Shown: positions 13,350 to 27,825 of the stretch, piece after piece
How positions within the stretch are numbered: the stretch's first letter is position 1
Layout of the letters: every line of letters starts with the position of its first letter
The notes under the pieces: generated by a model
The model's input: the letters and a program-made list of their open reading frames with translations, nothing else
What the model was told of the DNA's origin: nothing
The model's database searches: none
Translations under genes and position numbers: made by a program
DNA from: Eledone cirrhosa
Lineage: Eukaryota
Reading direction: 5' to 3'
DNA: 64,000 nt
NCBI GenBank assembly: GCA_964016885.1
Contig: OZ024764.1
Location: 25,358,001-25,422,000 of the forward strand

Positions 13350-14227
13350 ACACTTACTCTGATTGGTTGAAAATTAGCCAATGACATACGATCACCACCA
13401 CCACGGCTATCCCCGAAAAATTTATGAAGAATCTAGGCATATATGTTAGAACACGAAAAGTGAACATTCTGTTGTTTCACACTTTTCGTGTTCTAACAGA
13501 TAATGTATAATAAACAATACAATACAATTACCTCATTACCAGAGGTTTCCCGAATAAGACGAATACGAAAGAAACGTCCTCATTCGTTCGTCATACAAGG
13601 CAATATAAAACATACTGAAATATTTGGAAATTCACCTCAAGAAATACAAAAAAAATTATATATATATATATATATATAAATAAAGGTAATGCAATAGATA
13701 TATAAAATATATTAAAAAATATAAGGAAATATAGTTAGGTGTGTGTATATGTATGTATATACACTCACAAATGTACATATGTATGTATGTACAAATGCGT
13801 GTGTATGGTGAAAATGTGTGCGTAAGTACATATATGAGGGAAAGTATATTTGTGTATATGTAACCACAAATACGGATATAATCTAGTTGACACGAATCCA
13901 GACGCAGGTATTAGATACTTATATGCGGAGATAAAGGGGGAAGGGAGTGTAATATTTAAAAGAAAGTGTCATTCTCGATTATGTGAGAAAGAAAAAATGA
14001 AAGAGAAAGTAGTCAATTAAAACTAGAGAAAAGAAAAGAGAAGAAAAGAAGGTACACGCATACATACACATATATCTATAAAAACATATATCTATAAGAA
14101 AATATATATATATACAGTCGCGTACGTACGTATGATTAGATATACATGGGATGATATGTATGTATATGTATACGGGCATCCTGTGTAAGTATGTACGCAT
14201 GCATACGCTTTTGTCTGTACGTATTAC

Positions 14228-14318
<91 letters not shown>

Positions 14319-14879
14319 CACACATACACATCCATACATACAATATATATATATACACACATACACACAAACATATTCACGTACATTGACCCGCTTACAT
14401 GCACACACATAAAAATAAGAATGTAAGAAACATAGATATAAAAACACAGATATAAAAACACACATACATACACATATATATACACGCACGCACACGCGCA
14501 TACGGAGGCGTTCGTGTACATATACAGGACGTATACACACATAAAGACGTTCAGACACATAGATTCAGGGTGTAACCTTATGAATAATTGAGTACAAATA
14601 TAAAAATATAAAAATGACTGCGAAATAACAGAAAATATCTGGAGTGGAAAACGCAAGTGACTTGTGTAATCAGGTAGTAAAGAAAATAGGGAAGTAAAAA
14701 GTGGAAAGTGAAGATATTAGGTAAGTGAAGCGAAGGATAAAGGGGGGGGGGGGGGGTTACTGGTGGATGTGAAGTAAAAATAAAAATAAAATTAAAATTA
14801 ATAATAAGGTTAAAAATGAAAGTAAATCAGAAAGAGTAGTCTTTAAAGAGAATAAATTAAGTGAAGAATAAGAGCTTAT

Positions 14880-15940
14880 GGAGGATAAGTATCTGAAAGT
14901 GTGTTAAGTTTATATGAGCTGGAAAGTAAGTGTGATTTCATGTGTGGGCAACTGGTAAAGATTTCTGTCTTTGTATTTAGGCAGGTTTTTGGTGATTTAA
15001 AGTTTTGTAAAATCCAATATTTTTCATTTATGCAGAGTGTGCATTTTCTTGTTCCTCTTGCATATTCTTTAGATTAGTTTAAAATTGACCAATCCAATTT
15101 ATATTGGATACCTTGGTCTTTCAAATCCCATATTCTGCTAGCCAGAGCTGTTGTGAATCTTTTTTCTGGATGTCGAAAGGATGCGACATGTGAGTAATAA
15201 CGCGTTTTGAACTTGTCTTGTGTCATACCCACATATCGTTCGCTGGTGGCTGGTTGGTTGTTGCTGATGGTTGTCACTTTAGCCGCATATACAATGGCTT
15301 TGGTGTTGCATTTACCTTGTAATGGGCATTCACTTTTGATTCTACAGGAGCAAGTTTGATTTTCTCTAGGTGATATTTTGTTGAGGATATAGGACTTAAT
15401 AGGGGGACCGCAGGAATAGCTAATTTTGACACAGTTTCTATTAAAGATCTTATAGTATCTATGTGTTCTAGGGAAATGTTTATCTAAGAGCTCTAGGAAT
15501 GTTTTGCCTACATTAGTTTTAACTGCTAGAGAGTAGGGGGTGTGAACCAGATTATTTTTCTTTTCCTATTTATATGTTTAATAGAGTTAGTATAGTTAGG
15601 TATGTACTTAATCGGTTCGCTAAATCCGCTATTTTGGAGGGCTTTATTATAGTAGGGGGATGCCTTATTGAAAATAGCTTCTGATGAAGAGAGGGTGGAG
15701 ATCCTACGGCTAATATTAGGGATAAGGTTTTTAAAAACTATAGGAGGATGGCAAGAGCCTTTATTTATATATTTTAAATTTTCATTAGGTTTATGGTACG
15801 GTTTATAAGAAGCAGTAGGCAAATCTAGGTTTATATCTAGGAAATCAACGTTGGAAAGGTTAGTGTCAATAGTAATTTTAAGATTAAAACTAGCAAATGT
15901 TTTTATTAAGTCTTTCCTTAATCTATCTAAGTTATGGCCT
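14880..15940 (-). mobile_element. Penelope-like element fragment (RT thumb + C-terminal GIY-YIG endonuclease)
   Basis: VDFLDINLDL..YKPYHKPN..YINKGSCHPP; IIWFTPP; CSCR...CPLQGKC (read by hand at ~15310-15355); YVGMTQDKFKTRYYSH; several frameshifts. Confidence 0.9.
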
Positions 15941-16308
15941 ATGGTGGTATGGGAAAATATTATAACACCTGCAACCCTGATGGTATCCAATGATGTTGAC
16001 TTGTTTTTCTTTTTGGCAAATATCATCTTGGTTAAGAGAGTGGGACTGGCTTTGTGCAGTGCCTTTGCTCACTATAAAAGCTTCACGGCACAGGCATTGC
16101 TTTATATCTGGAGATCTCTCTGCACTTGTCATCACATGGTACCATGGGCCAAGCACTATGTGTCAATAATTGTCACAAGTGTAATGTTTGTACCAGAGTT
16201 TTCAAGTCGCTGGCTGGACTAAAAAGTCACACTCGTTCAGCTCATCGGTAGGGGTTCTCCTACATGGATGTAAAGTAGTGGCCGTACTCGAAGACGAGTT
16301 GGCAGCCA

Positions 16309-16364
<56 letters not shown>

Positions 16365-16544
16365 GTATATATATGTATGTATATATATATGTATATATAT
16401 ATGTATATATATATGTATATATATATGTATGTATATATATATATATATATGTATGTATATATATATATATATGTATGTATGTATATATATATATATATGT
16501 ATGTATATATATATATATTAATGTATATATATATTAATTAAATT

Positions 16545-16760
16545 TAGCAACCACCTTTGGACTAGAGCAGATAGGGATAACAATTTCGATATCACTATGG
16601 GATCATCGGACTCGGCGCAATTAACGGATCTTGTGGGGCTTTTTATTAACAATACTTTACATAGGAAAATACCAGAGATAACCGGTGGTTTATATCGTGA
16701 TGATATGCTATTGCTTATTGAAAATAATAATAATTGTGAAATAAATAGGAAAGAAAAGAA
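16545..16760 (+). mobile_element. Penelope RT core fragment, opposite orientation to 14880-15940
   Basis: Hand translation: WTRADRDNNFDITMGSSDSAQLTDLVGLFI...TGGLYRDDMLL (YRDD catalytic motif). Confidence 0.8.
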
Positions 16761-17544
16761 ATAATACAATTTTTTAATAGCCACCCCCACACCAACATTG
16801 GTCCACCCCACCGCTAATATTACTAACACCACCACCCCCTGCCCCCCTAGAACAGCCCTTTTTTAAAGCCATGTCAGTGGAATGAGCTCCTCATTGTGTT
16901 GGCATGTAAACGGAACTGCAAACACTAATGTTTCTTGGTATCACCCTTCGTCAGTACAGTCCACCGTTTTATATATGCATTTGAACTTTACAACTCTATA
17001 CTTATTGCTTACACACGTCATAACTATAGATACTAACATCTCCTAGATAAACTTTATATAAAACCTTCCATAAACATCTTTGCCTGTAACTAATTCATCG
17101 TATAATTGTTTCTACTTTTGGTACAAGGCCAGCAATTACCCAGTATATTACTGATACTTTATTTTATCCACCCGGTAAGTATGAAAGGCAAAGTTAACCT
17201 CGACAGGATTTGAACTCAGACCGTAAAATGACGTAACTATGCTGGAAAGCACGGCGTAACTAATTCATCATATAATGTTTACATAACACATACATGCATG
17301 CTGTCACTACACATTTGTCTCCCCATATTGCATGTTAACATTCTTTGTGTGATATACTTGATATATTGACTTTATCATCTATTGCACCATTTAAGTGATA
17401 CATTTTTTATGACATTTTATGACATTATGTGCATCATGTATTGTGTCTTTTTCTATATAGTGCTGGCCTTCGGACCCCCCTGCTGGTCCTTTAACCTTGT
17501 TCTGGTGACGCAGCTTGATGGAGCATGCAACTATTAATATACTC

Positions 17545-17610
17545 TTGTTTATAGGCTCTGATGAATCCTGCCATAGGGTATGGATGAAACACTGTTAGCT
17601 AATAAAACAA
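17545..17610 (+). ncRNA. Type I hammerhead ribozyme motif
   Basis: ggct-CTGATGA-atcc(13 nt)ggat-GAAAC-act-GTT-agct; stem I extends imperfectly (ttgttt/aaacaa). Confidence 0.65.
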
Positions 17611-18046
17611 TGTATTTCCAAGCACTCTTTGGTTATTCCTATAATTATATATATATATATTTAGTCCAGAAATAGCCGTCGAGACGGATTGAGCTCTGCC
17701 GTCAGGGTCATATTTCTCTTATTTCCCACTCTACTACCCTAAGTATTGAGTACTCTGGTGCGTTATGGTCCATCTGGTTCCTTACCACAACTCCTCCATC
17801 ATATATATATATATACATATGTATATGGACCGAGACCTTTGGCGGTACTCAGTAATAGAGAAGACCCGCCTTACCTAAATACAAAGTAAAAACCTACTAC
17901 AGTCAGCAGGCATCTCTATCAAAACACACCCCCGTCCCACCACCTCCACCCCATCCACACCGCCCCTTTCAATGTAAAGTTATGTTGGTCCCACAACATC
18001 CAGGCCGAAACAAATGAGATCGTGTAGGTGTCACGACAAAAAAACA

Positions 18047-19170
18047 CAGTCCACGCTGTAATGTGGCCGTGTAGACAACACGGTAAAAACCTCCCAGACC
18101 CACACTTTAAATGTGGTTGGTGTTAGGAAGGGCATCCAACTGTAGAAAACCTGCCAGACAGTCCACGCTGTAATGTGGCCGTGTAGGCAACACGGTAAAA
18201 ACCTCCCAGCCCCACACTGTAAATGTGGTTGGTGTTAGGAAGGGCATCCAACTGTAGAAAACCTGCCAGACAGTCCACGCTGTAATGTGGCCGTGTAGGC
18301 AACACGGTAAAAACCTCCCAGCCCCACACTGTAAATGTGGTTGGTGTTAGGAAGGGCATCCAACTGTAGAAAACCTGCCAGACAGTCCACGCTGTAATGT
18401 GGCCGTGTAGGCAACACGGTAAAAACCTCCCAGCCCCACACTGTAAATGTGGTTGGTGTTAGGAAGGGCATCCAACTGTAGAAAACCTGCCAGACAGTCC
18501 ACGCTGTAATGTGGCCGTGTAGGCAACACGGTAAAAACCTCCCAGCCCCACACTGTAAATGTGGTTGGTGTTAGGAAGGGCATCCAACTGTAGAAAACCT
18601 GCCAGACAGTCCACGCTGTAATGTGGCCGTGTAGGCAACACGGTAAAAACCTCCCAGCCCCACACTGTAAATGTGGTTGGTGTTAGGAAGGGCATCCAAC
18701 TGTAGAAAACCTGCCAGACAGTCCACGCTGTAATGTGGCCGTGTAGGCAACACGGTAAAAACCTCCCAGCCCCACACTGTAAATGTGGTTGGTGTTAGGA
18801 AGGGCATCCAACTGTAGAAAACCTGCCAGACAGTCCACGCTGTAATGTGGCCGTGTAGGCAACACGGTAAAAACCTCCCAGCCCCACACTGTAAATGTGG
18901 TTGGTGTTAGGAAGGGCATCCAACTGTAGAAAACCTGCCAGACAGTCCACGCTGTAATGTGGCCGTGTAGGCAACACGGTAAAAACCTCCCAGCCCCACA
19001 CTGTAAATGTGGTTGGTGTTAGGAAGGGCATCCAACTGTAGAAAACCTGCCAGACAGTCCACGCTGTAATGTGGCCGTGTAGGCAACACGGTAAAAACCT
19101 CCCAGCCCCACACTGTAAATGTGGTTGGTGTTAGGAAGGGCATCCAACTGTAGAAAACCCGCCAGACAGT
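18047..19170 (+). repeat. 112-bp minisatellite, ~10 near-identical copies, derived from a SINE/RTE-tail body
   Basis: Exact 112-bp period. The unit (GTGGTTGGTGTTAGGAAGGGCATCCA) also occurs singly at ~22690, 24440 and 47570. The array runs on into an RTE-like 3' end with a (GAT)n tail at ~19257-19283. Confidence 0.95.
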
Positions 19171-19289
19171 CCTATGCGAGCAAGACAACCACTCTTGCCT
19201 CAAGTGGGAAAACCCCCGTCCAAACTCATGCAAGCGTGGAACACGGACGTTAAACCTGATGATGATGATGATGATGATGATGATATATA

Positions 19290-19666
19290 TGAAGTGAAGC
19301 ACAGTTAGGAGTTATTGTTAGAGGAAATAACACAAATAGATGATTTACTTTTGATATAAAATTTATTTCACTTCAGTTAAAAAGAACAAGAAATTGGTTA
19401 CCACGAGTCACAAAGAATTTGTTTGTTGTTGATGTGAAACAGCGAGTGACCAGACAATGTTTGTTGGTCGTTAAAGTCAGGTAGTAGTCCCCGTGGTGAT
19501 TGAACCTTCTCTCTCCTGGTACAGGCTATTTATATCTCCAACTTCCTCTGTCCCCTGCCTCGAGTGATCACCCACACATCAACTTGTTTTAGACAAAAGG
19601 GTGGTGACCTAGAATTTGACCTTTAGGTGTCACCCAGGGCTCGAGGTATGGACAGATTTTGCTACA
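19290..19666 (-). mobile_element. Probable solo LTR
   Basis: TG...CA ends; TATA on both flanks (4-bp TSD); on the minus strand TATAAATA (~19526-19533) followed by AATAAA (~19362-19367). Confidence 0.6.
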
Positions 19667-20296
<630 letters not shown>

Positions 20297-20334
20297 ATTG
20301 GTGTTCGATGCGGGAGCCATCGATGCTCTCCTAG

Positions 20335-20547
20335 ATATCACAGAAAAAAAGAGAATCAGTGTTGGGACGAATGGAATTTTTTGGACATATTACAATCATT
20401 TCTGGCGACCAGCTCGAGGCATGATCGATGTGATGATTGAACCTGACTCTGAAAATCTCAAGGTCCTCAGATACATCTTGATTCTACGAAGCAGATTTTC
20501 CAAATTTCCATTCGTCGCAACACTGATTCTCTTTTTTTCTGTGATAT
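20335..20547. repeat. Inverted repeat, ~50-bp arms
   Basis: ATATCACAGAAAAAAAGAGAATCAGTGTTG... vs ...CAACACTGATTCTCTTTTTTTCTGTGATAT. Confidence 0.8.
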
Positions 20548-21689
20548 ATATATAGTTGTAAGGTTGCAAGATAAATGCGTCCGGTTGAGCACTCGATGCT
20601 CGCACAGAGCAGAGTATAATATTATAATGATATCATATTTAGTAACCTATTACATATGTTTCTCAATCGATCAGTTCGAGGCAAGATCTATAATAGATCA
20701 AAGCCGACTCTGTAATTGAAAGGTCGTCAGATATGATTGGTATACGAGTTCGTCTCCAAGGTCTTCTAAATGTTTTTAATTAAACATACAGTATATTACC
20801 TAAAATACTATACATACATTCATTATATATACATCATTATTTCCGAACACCAATCCTATTGCCTAATTTTTGCTGGACCGGCAATCGCTCTGTATAATCA
20901 GCTCCTGATTATTACTGGAATTCTATAAGAATCCAGCTCCCATAATTCTCAGCAAAGGCAGCGGAGTGTCTGGTCTTGATAAATATTAACAAGCGAGAAA
21001 CAGACTGTCTGTCAATCACTCTCAGTTGTTATTTGCCAAGAATAAATGACAGTCACTACTTTAAAACTCATAGCGAAAGGTCTTCAAAATGTTTTTAATT
21101 AAACATACAGTATATTGCCAAATATACTCTACATACATTGATGTATACATCACTATACATACATTCATGTATACATCACTATACATACATTGATGTATAC
21201 ATCACTATTTCAGTCCACCAATCCTAATATATATAAAATATTTATGTGTGTGAGGTCACTCTTCAGCACTACTGGTAACATGTAACCCAGTACAACCTGT
21301 GCATGGTTGGGTCGTCGACGACTAAACCGGCAACCCCACCAAGCTTCTTTGATGAGGAAGGTGATTTTGGACACCCTGCAGGATGAAAAACAAAACCTAT
21401 CAAAGGGCGGAGGAACTGAGGAGAGTCGATGACCATCCAATAAAACTTTTTATTTTTCTTGTTGAGCAAGAGACCTCTAGTCTTCATAAACATATCTCTC
21501 TAGGAGAAGGTCACTCTGGTATAAAACCTGCGATTTCAGTTGCATCCAATGATGTAGATCAGTTCTTCTTTTTGGGTAATGCATTCGATGTTGAGAGTGG
21601 GATTGGCCCCATGCAATTCCTTTCCTCACTTAAAAAAGCATCAAGCACAGGCATCACTTGATATGTGATATGTTTTGAGATGCATGTTA

Positions 21690-22850
21690 TTGCTGGTCAT
21701 AAGCAAGAATTTAGTGTGCAGGTTGGTGTCTACCAAGGCTCAGTTTTTAGCCCTTTCCTGTTTATCATCGTTCTACATGCAATAACAGAGGATTTTAAGA
21801 CTGGCTGCCCTCGGGAATTTCTGTATGCAGATGACCTAACCCTTATAGCTGAATCTATAGCTATATTAGAGATGAACTTCCAAATTGCCTGGAATCTAAA
21901 GATCTAAAGATCTTAAAGTCAACTTAACAAAGACTAAAGTTCTAGTAAGTAGAAAGGTTAACAAGGCCCAGAACTCCTCATGGAAATGCCCTTGCTCAGT
22001 GAACAGAAAAGGAGTAGGTAAAATTCTATTCTATATCCCAAGTGCAAGCTATGGGTAAACAAGAGATATAGTGGGATCCCAGGCAGGCTAACAGAGAACG
22101 TAGGTTTCACTTGCGGTCGGTGCACAGGAGCAATAAGTAGCAAGAGCTCTCAAGAAACAATCACCTTCAAATGCCTAGAGGGCTCTATAGATGTGGTAGA
22201 TAGCTTCTGTTACCTAGTTGACCAAATCAGCAGTGGGAGAGGGTGTACCAAAAGTACAGTAGCCAGAGTGAGATTGGGCTGGAGAAAGTTCAGGGATCTA
22301 CTACCGCTGCTAACTACAAAAGGTTTTTCTCTCAAAATAAAAGGCAGGCTGTATGATGTAGATATAATATATATATATATGGACATGTGATATGAAGGAT
22401 GACAGCTTCATAAAAAGGTGCAAAGCATTAAAAGTCGATGTAAGCTGCGGAGTGGGGAGACCCAAGAAGACGTGGGATGAGGTGATAAAAGCCAACCTTA
22501 TCCAATTGCACCTCTTAAGTGTGATGACACATGACTGACCGCTGGCGGCACGCAGTAATACAGAAGACCCGACTTCCCACGGGAACAAGCCGAAGCTGAA
22601 GCATATAGACAATATGCCTCCCCCCCCTCCAACTGTACAGTGGTCGTGTAGGTATCACAACAAAAAAGCACCCAGCACTCACTGTAAATGAGGTTGGTGT
22701 TAGGAAGGGCATCCAGCTGTAGAAATCAAGTCAAAATCAGTTCCTGTATGAGCAAGACAAGGTCAGCCAACCTAACACTACCCACAAAAAGACAACCTGT
22801 CTAACCCATGCTAGTGTGGAAGAATGGACGTAAAATGATGATGATAATGA
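21690..22850 (+). mobile_element. Older degenerate RTE LINE fragment
   Basis: VQVGVYQGSVFSPFLF, FLYADDL, RVRLGWRKFRDLLPLL; (ATG)n tail near 22835. Confidence 0.85.
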
Positions 22851-23789
22851 CAAATATACATACATATATATATTATACCTACATCATACAGTCATGACGA
22901 AAAGCACGCAGCACACACTGTAAATATGGTTGGCATTAGGAAGGGCATCCAGCTGTAGAAATCAAGCTAAAATTAATCCTGTGCGAGCGAATTCAAGGAC
23001 CCCAACCTTATCCCTCACAAAGGGACAGCCTGTCCTACCCATGCTAATGTGGAAGATGGACGTTAAATGATGAAGTCTGGCTTTTACACCTACCTCCCTT
23101 CTTCTGATTACTGAATGGAGAGCTGTACTGCTAGCTAATGGGTAGTATGTGGTGGATAGCAATATGGCCACCAGATATGATGGCTAGATGTGATATAAGT
23201 AGGCCACTGCCTGACAAATGAGCAACCCTGGACCAGCAACAGTACAGTACTAAAGGTGATGTAGCAATAGGTAACACCTTCAGTTCCTGAGAAAACTCTC
23301 ACAACCCACTGATGTAGCTATGAAAAGGTAAGTAAAGGCTACCTCTAGAAAAAAAGACTTGTTTTCTCGGGACTCAGGAAATACGAGATTGGTGACTGGT
23401 GCGAATAAGACCACCAAAACTGCAATATGGGGAGAAGTAATAATTTGAAATATATATTACTGTTCCCATGGTGTAAATAGTGGCTATGGGCCTGCGACCT
23501 GTCCTGGGAGGCGTGGGATAGAGGCACAAAGATTACATATCTCAAGACCCCAAGAGGGTTCAGAAGAGAGGAAAGAGTATCACAACACTTATAGGTTAAG
23601 TGTAGGAACTAGCCAATGGTGGAATATTCAACCCCTGACCTTTTCAGCCGATCAGTCCACAAACATTTGTCAGATCCTTTAATATTTTCAATGATTCTAC
23701 CCTGAGGTAATTGCTTTAGTTTCAACACACAGTCTCAGATAGAGTTGCTTGCCAGACAAGTACAACTGTGCCTTAAATGATTTTTCCAT

Positions 23790-24442
23790 CACAAAAAGCA
23801 CCCAGTCCACACTGTAAAGTGGTCATGTAGGTGTCACAACAAAAAGTACCCAGTCCACACTGTAAAGTGGTCATGTAGGTGTCACAAAAAAAAGTACCCA
23901 GTCCACACTGTAAAGTGGTCATGTAGGTGTCACGACAAAAAACACCCAGTCCACACTGTAAAGTGGTCATGTAGGTGTCACGACAAAAAGTACCCAGTCC
24001 ACACTGTAAAGTGGTCATGTAGGTGTCACAACAAAAAGTACCCAGTCCACACTGTAAAGTGGTCATGTAGGTGTCACAACAAAAAGTACCCAGTCCACAC
24101 TGTAAAGTGGTCATGTAGGTGTCACGACAAAAGACACCCAGTCCACACTGTAAAGTGGTCATGTAGGTGTCACGACAAAAAGTACCCAGTCCACACTGTA
24201 AAGTGGTCATGTAGGTGTCACAACAAAAAGTACCCAGTCCACACTGTAAAGTGGTCATGTAGGTGTCACTACAAAAAGTACCCAGTCCACACTGTAAAGT
24301 GGTCATGTAGGTGTCACTACAAAAAGTACCCAGTCCACACTGTAAAGTGGTCATGTAGGTGTCACAACAAAAAGTACCCAGTCCACACTGTAAAGTGGTC
24401 ATGTAGGTGTCACAACAAAAAGTACCCAGTCCACACTGTAAA
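23790..24442 (+). repeat. 48-bp minisatellite, ~13.5 copies, from the same SINE family as the 112-bp array
   Basis: Unit ACAAAAAGTACCCAGTCCACACTGTAAAGTGGTCATGTAGGTGTCACA; continues into a SINE/RTE tail ending in (GAT)n at ~24600. Confidence 0.95.
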
Positions 24443-24689
24443 TGTGGTTGGTGTTAGGAAGGGCATCCAGCCATAGAAATCTAGCCAGAAACATTTCCAT
24501 ATGAGCAAGACATAGTCACCTGACCCAACTTGCCTCAAATGGGACAACCCGTCTAACCAATGCTAGTGTGGAAGATAGATGTCAAATGATGATGATGATG
24601 TCATTGTTTTAGTTTGGAGTTGTGGAAGAAAAACTATATTCTAAATGGCACTTAAAACATTTTGAATATCAAAATATTACAACTTCATG

Positions 24690-25255
24690 AAGGCACATGG
24701 CTTAGTTAGAGCACTGGGCTTGCAATTGGAAGATTGTGAGTTCGATTCTCAAACCGCGTGATGCATTGTGTCCTTGAACAAGGCACTTTATTTCACGTTG
24801 CTCCAGTTTACTCAGCTGTAGGAATGAGTTGCTATGTCACTGGTGCCAAGCTGTGTCAGCCATTACCTTTCCCTTGGACAACATATATAATGTATATGTA
24901 GTGTATATATAGTGTATATAGAGTATATATAATGTATATATATAGTGTATATAGAGTATATATAATGTATATATAGTGTATATATAGTGTATATAGAGTA
25001 TATATAATGTATATATAGTGTATATATAATGTATATATAGTGTATATATATATATGTTACATCACTGGTACCAAGCTGTATCAGCCATTACCTTTCTCTT
25101 GGACAACATCGGTGGTGTAGAGAAGGGAGAGACTGGTATACATGGGTGACTGTTGGTCTTCCACAAACAACCTTGCCTGGACATGTGCCTTGGAGGAGAA
25201 CTTTCTGGGTACAAATCCCATGGTCGTGACCGGAGGGGGTCTTTACCCTTTACTT
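24690..25255 (+). mobile_element. tRNA-derived SINE interrupted by a microsatellite
   Basis: A-box-like TGGCTTAGTT and B-box GTTCGATTC; head homologous to 47439-47560. Confidence 0.65.
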
Positions 25256-25567
25256 ACAACTTCATAAATATATTCTCCACTCATAATAATTTTGAAACCA
25301 CACCATCTAACCATAATGTGGTGATTAGTTGCCTTGCCTTATGCACGAGGTTTGGATTTTTTCCTATTTCTCACTCATAAAATAGGGAGCCTGCTTATAT
25401 TCGAATATAAATAATTGCTTTAGTTTCATCACAGTTTCAGAAGTCACCAGATAATGCTTCTTCTTCTTGTTTTTGAGTCATCCCCCCATCAAAGGTGAAG
25501 CATTTGCTTTATCTAATGACCAGAATATAAGTGTCTCACAACACCTGCATACTCATAGTTTTCTCCA

Positions 25568-25783
25568 TTAACTCTTTAGAATTTACATTACTCTATATAT
25601 ACCATTGTATTTTCATGGTAAAGGCTTTATCTTACATAATATTAAATCTATGAGACTTTGATATTATTTAGTTTGAGAACAATACCTTAACATCAGTATG
25701 AGTGGCCAGTTACAGCTGGTTTAAACAGAAAGAGGTGAGAGAATTCTGGCTGGATGTGGCCAGTTTAAATGTTAAAGGGTTAA
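25568..25783 (+). mobile_element. TTAA-flanked piggyBac-type MITE (~215-235 bp); copies at ~4140-4340, 28070-28303, 28470-30134, 39699-39923 (reverse), 61421-61938
   Basis: TTAA-CCC/CCTTT...AAAGGG-TTAA ends; shared core GTAAAGGCTTTATCTTACATAAT...CAGAAAGAGGTGAGAGAATTCTGGC. Confidence 0.75.
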
Positions 25784-26529
25784 CTGGAGCAGTTATGCCA
25801 ACCCATTGTCAAATTAATAGTCAATCATCTGCAAAGGAACTTCACAACACCAAAGTCTGCTATTCACAACACCATTAGAAATGTGACAAGGCAGCGGTGA
25901 AGAGTACACTTGGCTGTGGAATACTCAGCCACTTAAACTTGCATAGATAACTTCAGTTGGTAATATAATCTCAACTGTTGATATAGTGGCCCAGGATGGC
26001 TGAGAGCAGTCATGGGGAGGACGGAGGCTCCGTAAGCCGTAGTGCAGGCAACCCGTCTAGGAGAGCTACCACTCCAAAACAATTGGTGCTGGGTAGAGAA
26101 GTCCCCTAAGTCCAGTAAGACAACCTCGCTAGTGCTGATGGCACAATAAAACCACCCAGTCCATGCTGTAAAGTGACGCTGGTGATAGGAAGGGCATCCA
26201 ACCAGTATCTAATATATAACTGTTTCTACGTTAGTCACAAGGCCAGCAAATTACCCAGTGTATTACTGGTACTTTATTTTATCGACCCCGGATGAAAGGG
26301 AAAGTCAACCTCGGCGGGATTTGAAGTCAGTATCTAATATATAATGATTGGAGGACTGCAAGACTGTCTGGGATATTTTTTCTGAACACATTATTAAAAT
26401 AAGTTGGATTACTTTGAATAAATCATGAATGAATGTTATGTAATTTACCTAAGTTTCATAGCTCTTCATTAAACATATTCTTATATATAATGTATTGCTT
26501 AATTTTAAGATTCACTTCTTTCCGGTTAG

Positions 26530-27825
26530 CGCCCGTTATATCATAACACATATAGCCGTACGCTATATCATAACACATATAGCCGTACGCTATATCACAT
26601 TACATATAGCCGTACGCTATATCACATCACATATAGCCGTACGCTATATCATAACACATATAGTCGTACGCTATATCACATCACATATAGCCGTACGCTA
26701 TATCACATCACATATAGCCGTACGCTATATCACATCACATATAGCCGTACGCTATATCACATCACATATAGCCGTACGCTATATCACATCACATATAGCC
26801 GTACGCTATATCATAACACATATAGCCGTACGCTATATCACATCACATATAGCCGTACGCTATATCATAACACATATAGTCGTACGCTATATCACATCAC
26901 ATATAGCCGTACGCTATATCATAACACATATAGTCGTACGCTATATCACATCACATATAGCCGTACGCTATATCATAACACATATAGCCGTACGCTATAT
27001 CATAACACATATAGTCGTACGCTATATCACATCACATATAGCCGTACGCTATATCACATCACATATAGCCGTACGCTATATCACATCACATATAGCTGTA
27101 CCCTATATCACATCACATATAGCCGTACGCTATATCACATCACATATAGCCGTACGCTATATCACATCACATATAGCCGTACGCTATATCACATCACATA
27201 TAGCCGTACGCTGTATCACATCACATATAGCCGTACGCTATATCACATCACATATAGCCGTACGCTATATCACATCACATATAGCCGTACGCTATATCAC
27301 ATCACATATAGCCGTACGCTATATCACATCACATATAGCCGTACGCTATATCATAACACATATAGCCGTACGCTATATCACATCACATATAGCCGTACGC
27401 TATATCATAACACATATAGTCGTACGCTATATCACATCACATATAGCCGTACGCTATATCATAACACATATAGTCGTACGCTATATCACATCACATATAG
27501 CCGTACGCTATATCATAACACATATAGCCGTACGCTATATCATAACACATATAGTCGTACGCTATATCACATCACATATAGCCGTACGCTATATCACATC
27601 ACATATAGCCGTACGCTATATCACATCACATATAGCTGTACCCTATATCACATCACATATAGCCGTACGCTATATCACATCACATATAGCCGTACGCTAT
27701 ATCACATCACATATAGCCGTACGCTATATCACATCACATATAGCCGTACGCTGTATCACATCACATATAGCCGTACGCTATATCACATCACATATAGCCG
27801 TACGCTATATCACATCACATATATA
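26530..27825. repeat. 27-bp minisatellite (~48 copies) with a 540-bp higher-order repeat
   Basis: Unit TATCACATCACATATAGCCGTACGCTA; variant monomers recur exactly 540 bp apart. Confidence 0.95.
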
